Assembly: GCA_038231315.1 (NCBI GenBank)
Contig: JBBRLN010000011.1
Location: 2,035-66,034 of the forward strand
Length of the DNA stretch: 64,000 nt
Reading direction: 5' to 3'
Origin: Caulobacterales bacterium
GTDB lineage: Bacteria > Pseudomonadota > Alphaproteobacteria > Caulobacterales > Caulobacteraceae
Positions 27,487 through 37,700 of this stretch are shown one piece after another (the first letter of the stretch is position 1; every line of letters begins with the position of its first letter). The notes under the pieces were generated by a model, which was not told the origin of the DNA, did no database searches, and saw nothing but the letters and a program-made list of their open reading frames with translations. The position numbers were made by a program, and so were the translations under genes.

Positions 27487-28786
27487 CGCGCAGCGCCGCC
27501 CACCACTCCAGCCGCGCCTTGACCTTCTCTTCCGCCCCCTGCCCGGCCGGCGCGTAGAACGTCTGCCGCTCCAGGCCATCGGGGAAGTAGTTCGCGCCCG
27601 AAAAACCCTCGGGCGTGTTGGGGTCGTACTGATAACCTTTGCCGTAGCCGAGGTCCTTCATCAGCCGGGTCGGGGCGTTGCGGATGTGGGCGGGCGGCAT
27701 CAGCGAGCCGGTCTCCTTCGCCAATTTCCGCGCCGCGCCGAAGGCGGTGTAGACGGCGTTCGACTTTGGCGCCGTGGCCATGTGGACACAGGCCTGGGCG
27801 AGCGCGAGTTCGCCTTCGGGGCTGCCGAGGAAATCATAGGCGTCCTTCGCCGCCACCGTCAGGAGAAGCGAGAGCGGGTCGGCCTCGCCGATATCCTCGC
27901 TCGCCATCCGCATCAGGCGCCGCGCGATGAAGAGCGGATCTTCGCCGCCTTCCAGCATCCGCGCCAGCCAATAGAGCGCGGCGTCGGGGTCCGATCCGCG
28001 CACCGACTTATGCAGGGCGGAGATCAGGTTGTAGTGCTCTTCCCGGTCCTTGTCGTAGGCTGGGCTGCGTCGTTGCAAGAGTTGGCCGAGTTCGGCGACG
28101 CCCAGCAGATGGTCGGGCGCGACGTCGAAGATCGACTGGGCCAGGGTCAGCAGATAGCGGCCGTCGCCGTCGGCCAAGGCGATCATCGTTTCGCGCGCGG
28201 CGGCGTCGAGCGGAAGGACGCGATCTTCGAAGGCCTCGGCGCGGTCAAGCAGGGCGCTCAGCGCCCCTTCGTCGAGCCTGCGCAGGACGAAGACCTGACA
28301 GCGGGAAAGGAGTGCGCCGTTGAGTTCGAAGGAAGGGTTCTCGGTGGTCGCGCCGATCAAGGTGACGACGCCGGATTCGACATAGGGCAGGAAGCCGTCT
28401 TGCTGGGCGCGATTGAAGCGGTGGATTTCGTCGACGAACAGGAGCGTCGCCACCCCCATGGTCCGCCTGCGCGAGGCCGCCTCGAAAGCCTTGCGCAGGT
28501 CCGCCACGCCCGAGAAGACCGCGGAGAGTTGCTGGAACTCATACCCCGCCGCATCGGCGAGCAGGCGGGCGATCGTGGTCTTGCCCGTGCCGGGCGGGCC
28601 CCAAAGGATCATCGAGCCCAGGCGGTGAGCGTCCGCCATCCGCCGGATCGGCCCGTCCGGACCCAGGAGATGATCCTGGCCGACGACGTCCTCGAGGAGC
28701 TTGGGCCGCAGCCGATCGGCGAGCGGCGCCGGCGGCCGCTCGGCGAGCGCGGGCGTCAGACCAGCGGCATCAAACAGGTCGCTCAT
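27473..28786 (-). CDS. rarA: Replication-associated recombination protein A (AAA+)
   Basis: PLADRLRP, GPPGTGKTT, DEIHRFNRAQQD, ISALHKSVRGSDPDAA and GYGKGY.Y motifs. Confidence 0.96.
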   Translation of the reverse strand: MSDLFDAAGLTPALAERPPAPLADRLRPKLLEDVVGQDHLLGPDGPIRRMADAHRLGSMILWGPPGTGKTTIARLLADAAGYEFQQLSAVFSGVADLRKAFEAASRRRTMGVATLLFVDEIHRFNRAQQDGFLPYVESGVVTLIGATTENPSFELNGALLSRCQVFVLRRLDEGALSALLDRAEAFEDRVLPLDAAARETMIALADGDGRYLLTLAQSIFDVAPDHLLGVAELGQLLQRRSPAYDKDREEHYNLISALHKSVRGSDPDAALYWLARMLEGGEDPLFIARRLMRMASEDIGEADPLSLLLTVAAKDAYDFLGSPEGELALAQACVHMATAPKSNAVYTAFGAARKLAKETGSLMPPAHIRNAPTRLMKDLGYGKGYQYDPNTPEGFSGANYFPDGLERQTFYAPAGQGAEEKVKARLEWWAALRDAKG

Positions 28787-28819
28787 GTCGTGGCTCTAAC
28801 AGAGCCAAGCGCGGGGACG

Positions 28820-29647
28820 CTAGAAATCGCGAATCTCGAAGCTGGCGGCCAAACGCGTCGATTCGCCTTGATCCAGCAGCGTGATCCCGAGTGCCGGCCA
28901 CTGCGCCTGCGGCGCGGTCAGGGCGCCGATGGCGTTCTGGACCGGTTCAACGCACACAAAGTCGCCGGATGGCGGAGCATAGACCTGAAGCCGCGTGGCG
29001 TCGGCGCAGGTCATGAGCACCTCGCGTCGCGACCTCGGCCAGACCACCCTCGCCTCTCCGCTCCAGCCATCATGGTTGTCGTCGAGACCGCGACCGCAGA
29101 CGACCTGGTCGGCGAGGGCGTTGCTGGAGACCTTCGCGCTCAGAGTGGGTGAGCCGCCGCAGTTGAAAAACGGGTGCAGTCCCAGTCCGCAGGGCATCCG
29201 CCGAGACGACAGATTCTTGCAGGAGAGATCGATCCGCAGGGTGTGCTCCGCGAGCGCGAAGTTCAAGCGCGCCTCATATCGCCACGGCCAGGGACCCGGC
29301 TCGTGAAGAAAGGCCAGCTCGGCGGTTTGGCCATCGTGGCGCTGGATCGTCCAGACGTTTCGCCAGCCTTCACCGTGGATTGGGCTAAGGTCGCCGGCCA
29401 TGTTGGGCGGAAGGATGACCCGCCGGCCGTCACAGACGAACGCTCCGCCTCGGATGCGGCCGAAGAAGGGAACGAGAGGATATAGGGCGGAGTTCAGCGC
29501 GTCTGTGCATCCCTTCGCGGCGCGGCGGAAGATCGGGGTCCAGCCTTCACGTCCCAATCCGTCGAACCCGGAGACACTGCCGCCAACCTCAGGCGTAAGA
29601 TCGAGGCGGAGGCGGGCCGTTTCCAGACGAAGCTGTGAAGAGGTCAT
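28820..29647 (-). CDS. Aldose 1-epimerase-family protein
   Basis: YPLVPFFGRI, IHGEGW, GLHPFF and FVCVEPVQN motifs. Confidence 0.85.
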   Translation of the reverse strand: MTSSQLRLETARLRLDLTPEVGGSVSGFDGLGREGWTPIFRRAAKGCTDALNSALYPLVPFFGRIRGGAFVCDGRRVILPPNMAGDLSPIHGEGWRNVWTIQRHDGQTAELAFLHEPGPWPWRYEARLNFALAEHTLRIDLSCKNLSSRRMPCGLGLHPFFNCGGSPTLSAKVSSNALADQVVCGRGLDDNHDGWSGEARVVWPRSRREVLMTCADATRLQVYAPPSGDFVCVEPVQNAIGALTAPQAQWPALGITLLDQGESTRLAASFEIRDF

Positions 29648-29844
29648 TTTCGCCACTCCTCCCCGGCGCCTGGCGGCGGAGAGGTCGCGCGGCGATCCTT
29701 CTTGCGCCGTGACGGATAGGGCGCAAGGCAGCGGCCCCGATTCGTCAGGCAAAGCGAGCGCGGCTTTGCGCCCCTCCTCCACGACGCAAGAGCGTCGCGG
29801 TCCTCGTCCTCCGTTAGAGGACGGCGGAGGAGGAAATCACGAAC

Positions 29845-31986
29845 TTAGTGCACAACCCCATGCGCCAGCACCGCGAGCAGGAGCAGCGCCACGATATTGG
29901 TGATCTTGATCATCGGGTTCACGGCGGGCCCCGCGGTATCCTTGTAGGGATCGCCCACGGTGTCGCCGGTGACCGCGGCCTTGTGGGCTTCGGAGCCCTT
30001 GCCCCCGTAGTGACCTTCCTCGATCAGCTTCTTGGCGTTGTCCCACGCCCCGCCGCCCGAAGTCATGGAGATGGCCACGAAAAGACCGGTGACGATGACG
30101 CCCATGAGCATGGCGCCCAGCGAAGAGAAGGCGTTCGACTTGCCGGCTATCATTTGGATCAGGAAAAACAGCAGGACCGGAGACACCACCGGAAGCAAGG
30201 AAGGCACGATCATTTCGCGGATCGCGGCCTTGGTCAGGATGTCGACGGCGCGGCCGTACTCCGGCTTGACCTCATAGGTCATGATCCCGGGATTCTCCCG
30301 GAATTGACGGCGGACTTCCTCGACGACCGCTTCGGCCGCGCGACCCACGGCGGTCATCGACATGCCGCCGAACAGGAAGGGCAACAGGCCGCCGAACAGC
30401 AGGCCGACCACGACGTATGGGTTGGAAAGATCGAACGCGACGCCGCCCATCCCCGCGAAGAACGGGAATTGGTCGGAGTGGGCCGAGAAGAACTTCAGGT
30501 CCTGGGTGTAGGCCGCGAACAGGACCAGGGCGCCAAGGCCGGCCGAACCAATGGCGTAGCCTTTCGTGACCGCCTTGGTGGTGTTGCCGACCGCGTCGAG
30601 GGCGTCGGTGGAGACCCGCACTTCGGAAGGCAGACCGGCCATCTCGGCGATGCCGCCGGCGTTGTCGGTGACCGGGCCGAAGGCGTCGAGGGCGACGATG
30701 AAGCCGGCCAATGACAGCATGGTGGTGGTGGCGATGGCGATGCCGAACAGCCCGGCGAACTGGTAGGTCATCACGATCCCGACGATGATCACCAGGGCCG
30801 GCGCCGCGGTGGATTCCAGCGACATGGCGAGGCCTTGAATCACATTGGTGCCGTGGCCGGAGACCGAGGACTTGGCGATCGATTTGACCGGACGAAAGCC
30901 GGTTCCGGTGTAATACTCCGTGATCACCACGATCAGCGCGGTCACCGCGAGGCCGACAAGCCCGCAGTAGAACAATTGCATCCCGCTGACGGCCAGGCCG
31001 GTCGCGGAGCCGTCCGGAACGACGACGCCGTCGGTCGGGACCAGCGAATGGATGACCCACCAGACCGCGCCGATCGAGAGCACGCCGGTGACGATGAGGC
31101 CCTGATAGAGCGCGCCCATGATGTTCTGACTCTTGCCGAGCCGCACCGCGAATGCGCCGATGATCGAAGTTACGATGCACACGCCACAGATGGCCAGGGG
31201 CAACAGCATCATGTCGCCGACATAGGTCTGGCCTACGAAGAAGATAGCGCCCAGCACCATGGTGGCGACGGTGGTCACCGCATAGGTCTCGAACAGGTCG
31301 GCGGCCATGCCGGCGCAGTCGCCGACGTTGTCGCCCACGTTGTCGGCGATGGTGGCTGCATTGCGCGGGTCATCTTCCGGGATGCCGGCCTCGACTTTGC
31401 CGACCATGTCGCCGCCGACGTCGGCGCCCTTGGTGAAGATGCCGCCGCCGAGGCGGGCGAAGATCGAGATCAGCGAGGCGCCGAAGCCTAAAGCCACCAG
31501 CGAATCGATGACGTCGCGGCTGGTGGGGTCGAGGTGCATCACGCCGGTGAGAATGCCGTAGTAACCGGCGACGCCGAGCAGAGCGAAACCCGCGACCAGC
31601 ATGCCGGTCACCGCGCCGGAACGGAACGCGAGGGACAAGCCCTTGGCCAGGCTCTCGGACGCCGCCTGGGCGGTGCGGACGTTAGCGCGCACGGAGATCA
31701 GCATGCCGGCGAAACCCGCCGCCCCTGAGAGAACCGCGCCGATCAAGAACCCGAGCCCCTCGCGCCAGCCGATGAAGACGGCGATGATGGCAAGGATGAC
31801 GACTCCGACCATGGCGATGGTCGTGTATTGCCGCCGGAGATAGGCCTGCGCCCCTTCCTGAATGGCGGCGGCGATCTCCTGCATCTTGGCGTTGCCTGCC
31901 GAGGCGCGCAGCAAAGAGCCGGTCTGGACAACGCCGTACAACACCGCCAGCAGGCCGGCGAGAATCACCAAGGTCAAAACGGGCAT
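29845..31986 (-). CDS. hppA: Membrane H+-translocating pyrophosphatase, K+-independent type
   Basis: [47 protein letters not shown] (Lys signature) and [14 protein letters not shown] motifs. Confidence 0.97.
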   Translation of the reverse strand: MPVLTLVILAGLLAVLYGVVQTGSLLRASAGNAKMQEIAAAIQEGAQAYLRRQYTTIAMVGVVILAIIAVFIGWREGLGFLIGAVLSGAAGFAGMLISVRANVRTAQAASESLAKGLSLAFRSGAVTGMLVAGFALLGVAGYYGILTGVMHLDPTSRDVIDSLVALGFGASLISIFARLGGGIFTKGADVGGDMVGKVEAGIPEDDPRNAATIADNVGDNVGDCAGMAADLFETYAVTTVATMVLGAIFFVGQTYVGDMMLLPLAICGVCIVTSIIGAFAVRLGKSQNIMGALYQGLIVTGVLSIGAVWWVIHSLVPTDGVVVPDGSATGLAVSGMQLFYCGLVGLAVTALIVVITEYYTGTGFRPVKSIAKSSVSGHGTNVIQGLAMSLESTAAPALVIIVGIVMTYQFAGLFGIAIATTTMLSLAGFIVALDAFGPVTDNAGGIAEMAGLPSEVRVSTDALDAVGNTTKAVTKGYAIGSAGLGALVLFAAYTQDLKFFSAHSDQFPFFAGMGGVAFDLSNPYVVVGLLFGGLLPFLFGGMSMTAVGRAAEAVVEEVRRQFRENPGIMTYEVKPEYGRAVDILTKAAIREMIVPSLLPVVSPVLLFFLIQMIAGKSNAFSSLGAMLMGVIVTGLFVAISMTSGGGAWDNAKKLIEEGHYGGKGSEAHKAAVTGDTVGDPYKDTAGPAVNPMIKITNIVALLLLAVLAHGVVH

Positions 31987-32228
31987 GGGGAAGACTAACC
32001 TTCTGTGTGCGCGCGCGACCATCGCAGCCTGTCTCGGCGCGAATTTCGACGCACGCTTTTTCTAAGCTGCTCGCGGAGTCCGTCCGACACCGTTTCGGCG
32101 CGCTAAGTGCCAAAAGCCTCCCGTCAAAGCAAGCGTCGGGTTGCCCCACGGCAATTTCAGGACGAAGGCCATAGGATAGACATGCCCCCCGGGCGTTTAG
32201 CGACGCCGACACCGATGGAGGTCAAGCG

Positions 32229-33368
32229 ATGACCAATATGGCCTTAGCCCTTGGCCTCTCGAGCCTTCTGGCGCTGGATGCGAGCGGCGGCGCCTTGGCG
32301 GCGACGGCGACGCCGGACAGCATCGCCATGGCGCTGAAGAGCGCGCGACCTGGAGCGGTGTTGCGTCTCGCGCCCGGACGCTATGACAACCTCATCATCT
32401 ATGGTCGGCGCTTTGCCCCTTCCATAGCGATCGTTCCCCTCGACCCGCGGCGTCCGCCCGTGATCACCACCATGAAGGTCGGCCAAAGTTCAGGCATTAC
32501 TTTCCGCGACGTCGAGTTCGCCGGGGATCCGGTCGACGCGACATTGACCAACACGTTCAACTATTTTCAGGTCGCCGCTTCGAGCGGCATCAGGTTTGAA
32601 CACGACAACTTCCACGGTCCGTTGAACGGTGTTCTGGAGAACGAGGCCTCCGGCCTGCTGATCCGTGACAGCCAGGACGTGACCGTCGCCAATTCCGAAT
32701 TTCGGCACCTTCACAACGGGATCGGCCATCTACAAGACGAACATCTCACGATCTCGGGAAATAGTTTTCACGACCTACGCGACGACGGAATTCGTGGCGG
32801 CGGCTCCTCCTGGGTGACGATCACTCACAATCACTTCCAGGATATGCATCCGGACGCCAACGACGCCGATCATCCAGACTGCATTCAATTCTGGACCTCT
32901 AACACCAAGGTATCCGCTCACGACATCCTGATCGAAGGGAACTTCTATCGTCGCGGCGCCGGCCGGCCGGTACAAGGTGTCTTTCTCGGAAACGAACTGA
33001 AGATCCCATACGAGCGCGTCACGATCCTGGACAACGTTTTCGTTGGGGCCGGCTACAACGGCATTGTTGTGGGCTTGGGCAAAGGTGTGACGATACGGGG
33101 AAACGTGGTCGCCGGTTACCCAGACTTTGTCTCCCGCCTGCGCGTTCTCGACAGCGAGGATGTCGAGGTCAGCGACAACAAGGCGACCGAGTTTGGCTGG
33201 AGCAACAACAGCCACGTCGTCGAGAGCAACGCCCGGATAGCCAAGGCCCGCAACACCGTCATGGATCGCGCCAAGGACGGCGGCGATCGCCTCGAGTCCT
33301 CGTGGAAAGTACGGCGCGGCGCCGACAACGGTCCGAAAGGCTCGGACGCCGACGATCACCGCCGCTGA
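32229..33368 (+). CDS. Secreted right-handed parallel beta-helix (pectin-lyase-like) protein
   Basis: Signal-peptide-like N-terminus, repeated xTIxxNxF coils, DHPDCIQFWT motif. Confidence 0.82.
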   Translation: MTNMALALGLSSLLALDASGGALAATATPDSIAMALKSARPGAVLRLAPGRYDNLIIYGRRFAPSIAIVPLDPRRPPVITTMKVGQSSGITFRDVEFAGDPVDATLTNTFNYFQVAASSGIRFEHDNFHGPLNGVLENEASGLLIRDSQDVTVANSEFRHLHNGIGHLQDEHLTISGNSFHDLRDDGIRGGGSSWVTITHNHFQDMHPDANDADHPDCIQFWTSNTKVSAHDILIEGNFYRRGAGRPVQGVFLGNELKIPYERVTILDNVFVGAGYNGIVVGLGKGVTIRGNVVAGYPDFVSRLRVLDSEDVEVSDNKATEFGWSNNSHVVESNARIAKARNTVMDRAKDGGDRLESSWKVRRGADNGPKGSDADDHRR

Positions 33369-33559
33369 CCGCCGGATTCTTCCTGTTACATCTTGGCGCC
33401 CGTCCGCGCGTGCCGGCTGATCGCTGACCCGGTCGCCGGGTGGGCCTGTTCGCCACACCCCGAAGCGCCTCGCCGGAACGCCGAAGATGCGCCAACGGCT
33501 TTAGGCTACTTTCGCGTGCTCGGCCGACTAACAATCGAGCAGCGGTACAGGCCCGCGCC

Positions 33560-33830
33560 ACAAGCCTAGCAATTTAAACACAAATTTGCGATCGTTCACA
33601 TTTAGACCTTTGGCTCTTCGCGGACAATGGTATAGAATTTGTGTGTAAATATGCAGATACGGCAACGTCGTTGTGGTTTACAATTGTTTTTAATCGTATC
33701 TATTGGCTCGGTTTTGTGAATTTCGATTATAACTTCTCTATGATTTGGTTCTAGGCGACTATTTTTGAGATCAAAGTGTTATCGAACGTTGTTTCGTGTC
33801 GTTAATGCGATTGAACGGCCGGTTTCGCGA
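33560..33830 (+). promoter_or_regulatory. AT-rich upstream/promoter region of gtrB
   Basis: Sharp drop in GC relative to the window, non-coding, immediately 5' of the GT2 gene. Confidence 0.5.
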
Positions 33831-33841
33831 GGGGGCGAGCG

Positions 33842-34999
33842 TTGGTGAGCTATGAATTAAGTCATCGAATAGCGCCCGCGCGACCGTTTGATGACTTGGA
33901 GAGCGCGGGTCCGCAATTTGGCGACAGGGTGGAGACGGCAATCCCGCCCACCAAGCAACTGTCGATCATCGTTCCGGTATTCAATGAGCAGGACGCCATT
34001 GTCCCCTTCCTTGCTCGCGCGGTTCCTGTCCTGCAGACGATCACCGGCGATTGGGAAATACTTTTCGTCAATGACGGCAGCCGGGACGACACCTGGGATC
34101 GCATCCGCGACGCCAACCGCAACGATTCTCGTATTTTGGGCGTGGATTTCTCACGCAACTTCGGCAAGGAGATCGCACTCAGCGCCGGGCTCGACCACGC
34201 GTCCGGGCGTTGCGTGGTGCCGATAGACGTCGATTTGCAGGATCCTCCCGAGCTCATTCCCACGATGGTGGCGAAATGGCGCGAGGGCTTTGATGTCGTT
34301 GTGGCCAAACGCATCGATCGCACTTCGGACAGTCTTTTCAAGCGGACCTCGGCTAAAGCTTTCGACGGCCTGATCGCGCGCATGAGCCGGGTGGAAATCC
34401 CGGAGGATGTCGGTGACTTTCGGCTCATGGATCATACGGTGGTCTCGGCCCTCAGGACCTTCACGGAGCGGGAAAGATTCATGAAGGGCATTTTCGCCAG
34501 CGTGGGTTTCAAGACCACGACGGTGACCTACACGCGCGAAAAGCGGGAAGTCGGCTCGACCAAGTTCAGCACGCTTGGTCTCTTCAACCTTGCGCTCGAG
34601 GGGATTGTTTCCTTCTCAACGGCGCCGCTGAAGATTTGGACCTATGTCGGTTTCGGCTCGGCCGCCTTCGCGGTGCTTTACACACTGTTCATTATCGCTC
34701 GGACCCTTGTATTCGGAATCAATGTCCCAGGTTATGCTTCGATCGTGTCCTTGTTGCTTCTTTTCAACGGGCTGCTGTTGATGGGCGTCGGCATCCAAGG
34801 CGAATACATCGCGCGGATATTCGCCGAGGTGAAGGCGAGGCCGTTGTATTTCGTCCGGGAGCGTATCGAGCACGATCAGCCGATGCCTCTGGCCCCACCA
34901 AAAAGTCGCGTTTTCCAGCCGCGCGTCGAAACAATTCGCGCGGGCGCTTCTACGGTGCAGCAGCAAGTCGAAACAGTTCGAACCGCGACGTACGAGTAA
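33842..34999 (+). CDS. gtrB: GT2 polyprenol-phosphate glycosyltransferase (GtrB/YfdH-like)
   Basis: SIIVPVFNEQD, VNDGSRD, SRNFGKEIALSAGL, IDVDLQDPP, GDFRLMD, two C-terminal TM helices and GEYIARIF.EVK.RP.Y. Confidence 0.92.
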   Translation: MVSYELSHRIAPARPFDDLESAGPQFGDRVETAIPPTKQLSIIVPVFNEQDAIVPFLARAVPVLQTITGDWEILFVNDGSRDDTWDRIRDANRNDSRILGVDFSRNFGKEIALSAGLDHASGRCVVPIDVDLQDPPELIPTMVAKWREGFDVVVAKRIDRTSDSLFKRTSAKAFDGLIARMSRVEIPEDVGDFRLMDHTVVSALRTFTERERFMKGIFASVGFKTTTVTYTREKREVGSTKFSTLGLFNLALEGIVSFSTAPLKIWTYVGFGSAAFAVLYTLFIIARTLVFGINVPGYASIVSLLLLFNGLLLMGVGIQGEYIARIFAEVKARPLYFVRERIEHDQPMPLAPPKSRVFQPRVETIRAGASTVQQQVETVRTATYE

Positions 35000-36527
35000 G
35001 AAGTGTCCCCCCGACGGGGGCGTCAGTGCCGATCAGGCTCCAATTGCAGATCATCAGATAGCCGAACCCGGCGGTTCCCGCGGCGCTCATCGTGCCTGAG
35101 GTCCTCCGCTGAGGCTCGCGATTGGGCCCGCGTGACGGCGGCAGCCTGCTCAGGGCCACGCGGAGCGGGCCGACGATGCGTAGCGGCTGCTGGGTTTCGT
35201 TCGCGAAGAGGTCGCCGACGTCGCCGAACAAACTGATTAGCAAGGGGCGATACATCTCGCATCGCGGCGTGCCGCTATCGGGTCGACTCGCGCCGCCCAC
35301 CACGTCGGTGACAAGCGAACCTCGTGGAATGGCGCGACCGACGGTTTGGAACTGCACGAAGTCTTCCGAATAGAGGCGCCAATTCGCCCCCGTCGCGGCG
35401 AGCCTTGCCAAAACGATCGCCGCAAGGGCGATGATACTTGCGCGCTCGAGCCGATCACCTCGCCATCGCGGGACCAGTGTCGCAACAAAGAGCATCGTCA
35501 GGAAGAGCGGCATGCGATCGGCGACGTAGCCGACCCCGAAGAGCGCCGGCGGTGTCACGATCACCAACAGAGCGGCGACGGCGAGGCTCAGAACCGCGCC
35601 GGCGGCTATGGTCAGGCGACCACGCCATGCCAGTAGTCCGATCACGGCGCCCTGGGCGGCGAAGGTGACGGCGTCGAAGATCAGGGTCGGTCCGCATTCC
35701 ACGCGAAGCAATGTGGTGAGACGGTAGCGGACGAGTTCCGCGATCCGGCCGATCAAATGACCTTTCGCGGCTAGATGCCCAGCATTGGTCAAGGCGTCGG
35801 TGACGCCTCCAGAGGCATGACCGGTCGCGCTGAGCGCGAAGAGCGCGACAGGCGCAACCGCTTGCGCCGCGATCGCCAGATATGACCGTGCGGCGGCAAG
35901 GCGGTCCTTGAACCCATCCCGACCGCGCAGTCCCGTTTCCAAGCAAAGTACGAGGAGACCGTACAAGGCGAAGGCGAGCCCGTGGACCAGGAATATAATC
36001 AACGCGATCAAACACGCGAGCGGCGTCGCGAATTTCAATCGCTCGCGTTTGAGCACCCAGAAGCCGGCGCCCCAGAACACCAAACCCAAGCCGAGCAAAA
36101 AATTGCTGAAACCCCAGACGAGAATATAGCTGTAGAACAACGGCGCCGAAAGAACGGCGACCAGCAACGAAGCTCTGCCCGACACCGCCCGGTTGAGATA
36201 CAGGATGCCCCAATACTGGACGGCGAAAATCATGACGACAATGACGCGCGCGACCGATTTGGTCGGCAGGAATTGAAACAACAGCCAACCAACGACATCC
36301 AATCCGACGTTCGGCAGGATCGCCCAATGCGATTGATAGTCCGCCTCTAGCTCTGGGTGGCGCGATAGATTGGAGAGCAGATAGTAGCGCGATATGTGAT
36401 TGTAGAAATCAATCAGCGGTAAGACTGGAGTGCAAAATACAGGAATGCACGCCGCTATGAATATAGCGGCGAAAATCAGTCTTCGGTTCAAGGCGACAGA
36501 CGCGTCGGGGACCGCTGAAATCACCAT
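34950..36527 (-). CDS. Polytopic membrane protein, probable GT-C-fold glycosyltransferase
   Basis: P+.D+.NH..R...L N-terminal loop, W.ILPN.G.D, YS...WGF.NF and HG motifs, about 11 TM helices and a periplasmic C-terminal region. Confidence 0.7.
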   Translation of the reverse strand: MVISAVPDASVALNRRLIFAAIFIAACIPVFCTPVLPLIDFYNHISRYYLLSNLSRHPELEADYQSHWAILPNVGLDVVGWLLFQFLPTKSVARVIVVMIFAVQYWGILYLNRAVSGRASLLVAVLSAPLFYSYILVWGFSNFLLGLGLVFWGAGFWVLKRERLKFATPLACLIALIIFLVHGLAFALYGLLVLCLETGLRGRDGFKDRLAAARSYLAIAAQAVAPVALFALSATGHASGGVTDALTNAGHLAAKGHLIGRIAELVRYRLTTLLRVECGPTLIFDAVTFAAQGAVIGLLAWRGRLTIAAGAVLSLAVAALLVIVTPPALFGVGYVADRMPLFLTMLFVATLVPRWRGDRLERASIIALAAIVLARLAATGANWRLYSEDFVQFQTVGRAIPRGSLVTDVVGGASRPDSGTPRCEMYRPLLISLFGDVGDLFANETQQPLRIVGPLRVALSRLPPSRGPNREPQRRTSGTMSAAGTAGFGYLMICNWSLIGTDAPVGGTLLTRTSRFELFRLAAAP

Positions 36528-36916
36528 GAATGCCCCACGCCCGCCGACCGATGATTGATGCCCCAGGCCGGAAGCGGAGCATTGAACCGCTCAGTGCCCT
36601 GATCTCGCTGTCGGAGACGCATCTATCGCGTCGCCGAAGCCGCTGACGCGTCGCACTAAAAATAGGATGTCGCAACATAGAATCACCGCGCGCGACACGC
36701 GCATTCCAGCGGCGCCGTCGAATGGAGCGGTCTCACTGGTGCGAGATCAACTTTCCGGGCACGATCAACAGGTTAGTTTAAGCCGCGAAAGCAACAAGAC
36801 CCTCAGTCATCCCGAAGAGGACCGCCAGCGACGGTGTCCGGGACAAGGGGGCCGAGCTATGCGTTCAAGGTCTCTCGAGACCTCCTCCGTTCAACCGATG
36901 AGGCTCGCCGCGTTCG

Positions 36917-37630
36917 TCAGGGTTTGATCGCCCGAGCAAACACAGTCGTTCCGGCCAATCGATTGGCGCCCATCACCGCGACCTCCGCCCGGCTTGCGCC
37001 CAGCAGGAGCCCGTTGACGAAATCGCCATGTATCCGCATGTCGCTCTCCGGCGCGGCCTGGGACTTTCTGAGCTTGCCCGCAAGCCTGACCCCCGCGACG
37101 AGCGGAAGCACCGCGCCGTAGAAGTAATGCGCGCGCTCGATTTGAATTCCGCAATCGCCAAGAACGGTTTTAAGGTCCTTCAAGTCGTAACGGCGATAGT
37201 GTTCGAGATAGACATCGTGGTTGCTCCATAGCCACATGAACGCCGGCACGGTGACGACGAACCGGGTTCCGGGCGGAACCTTGTCGATATAGTCCGCGAC
37301 CAGCGCGCGATCATCCGGCACGTGTTCGATCACATCCATCATCAAGACGAGATTGGCGTCGCTTACGTTCATGGCGCGGCGAAAAGCGAGGGGCTTCCCG
37401 GCGACGGTCTCGTCGCGATCGTCCGGGTAGTTGGGATCGATACAGGTGGCGGCCCTTGCTCCCGTTCGATGCAAGAGGGCGCGCGAGAAGAACCCGGATC
37501 CGGCCCCCACGTCGAGCACGCCACCGATGTCCAGATCGCGCACCGTGCGCAAAAGGGCGGCGAGCTTCGCCCGGTAATACCAATGGCGATCGACGCGCGC
37601 GCCCAGCAGATGCTCTTCCTTCAGATCCAT
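36917..37630 (-). CDS. Class I SAM-dependent methyltransferase (Gtr-cluster associated type)
   Basis: HWYYRAK, VLDVGAGSGFF, MDVIEH and VPAF..LWS.HD..LEHYRRY motifs. Confidence 0.9.
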   Translation of the reverse strand: MDLKEEHLLGARVDRHWYYRAKLAALLRTVRDLDIGGVLDVGAGSGFFSRALLHRTGARAATCIDPNYPDDRDETVAGKPLAFRRAMNVSDANLVLMMDVIEHVPDDRALVADYIDKVPPGTRFVVTVPAFMWLWSNHDVYLEHYRRYDLKDLKTVLGDCGIQIERAHYFYGAVLPLVAGVRLAGKLRKSQAAPESDMRIHGDFVNGLLLGASRAEVAVMGANRLAGTTVFARAIKP

Positions 37631-37700
37631 ACGGAGCGCCTTTGTTGAGAATGAAAGAGACTTAGCCACCTAGGCGACCGCGACGCGGCGCCGCAACCTG

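Noticed and set aside
32095-32115. Sigma54-like TGGCAC...GC upstream of hppA (minus strand)
   Set aside because: The -12 element lacks the TT of TTGC; too degenerate to call.
33795-33820. Possible CtrA box (TTAA-tgcgat-TGAAC)
   Set aside because: Spacing and second half-site do not fit TTAA-N7-TTAA.
36667-36927. Small ORFs and a REP/IS-like stretch (GTCATCCCG...CCGGGAC) between the GT-C gene and the methyltransferase
   Set aside because: No recognisable protein, no second copy seen in the window, and no terminal inverted repeats or transposase.
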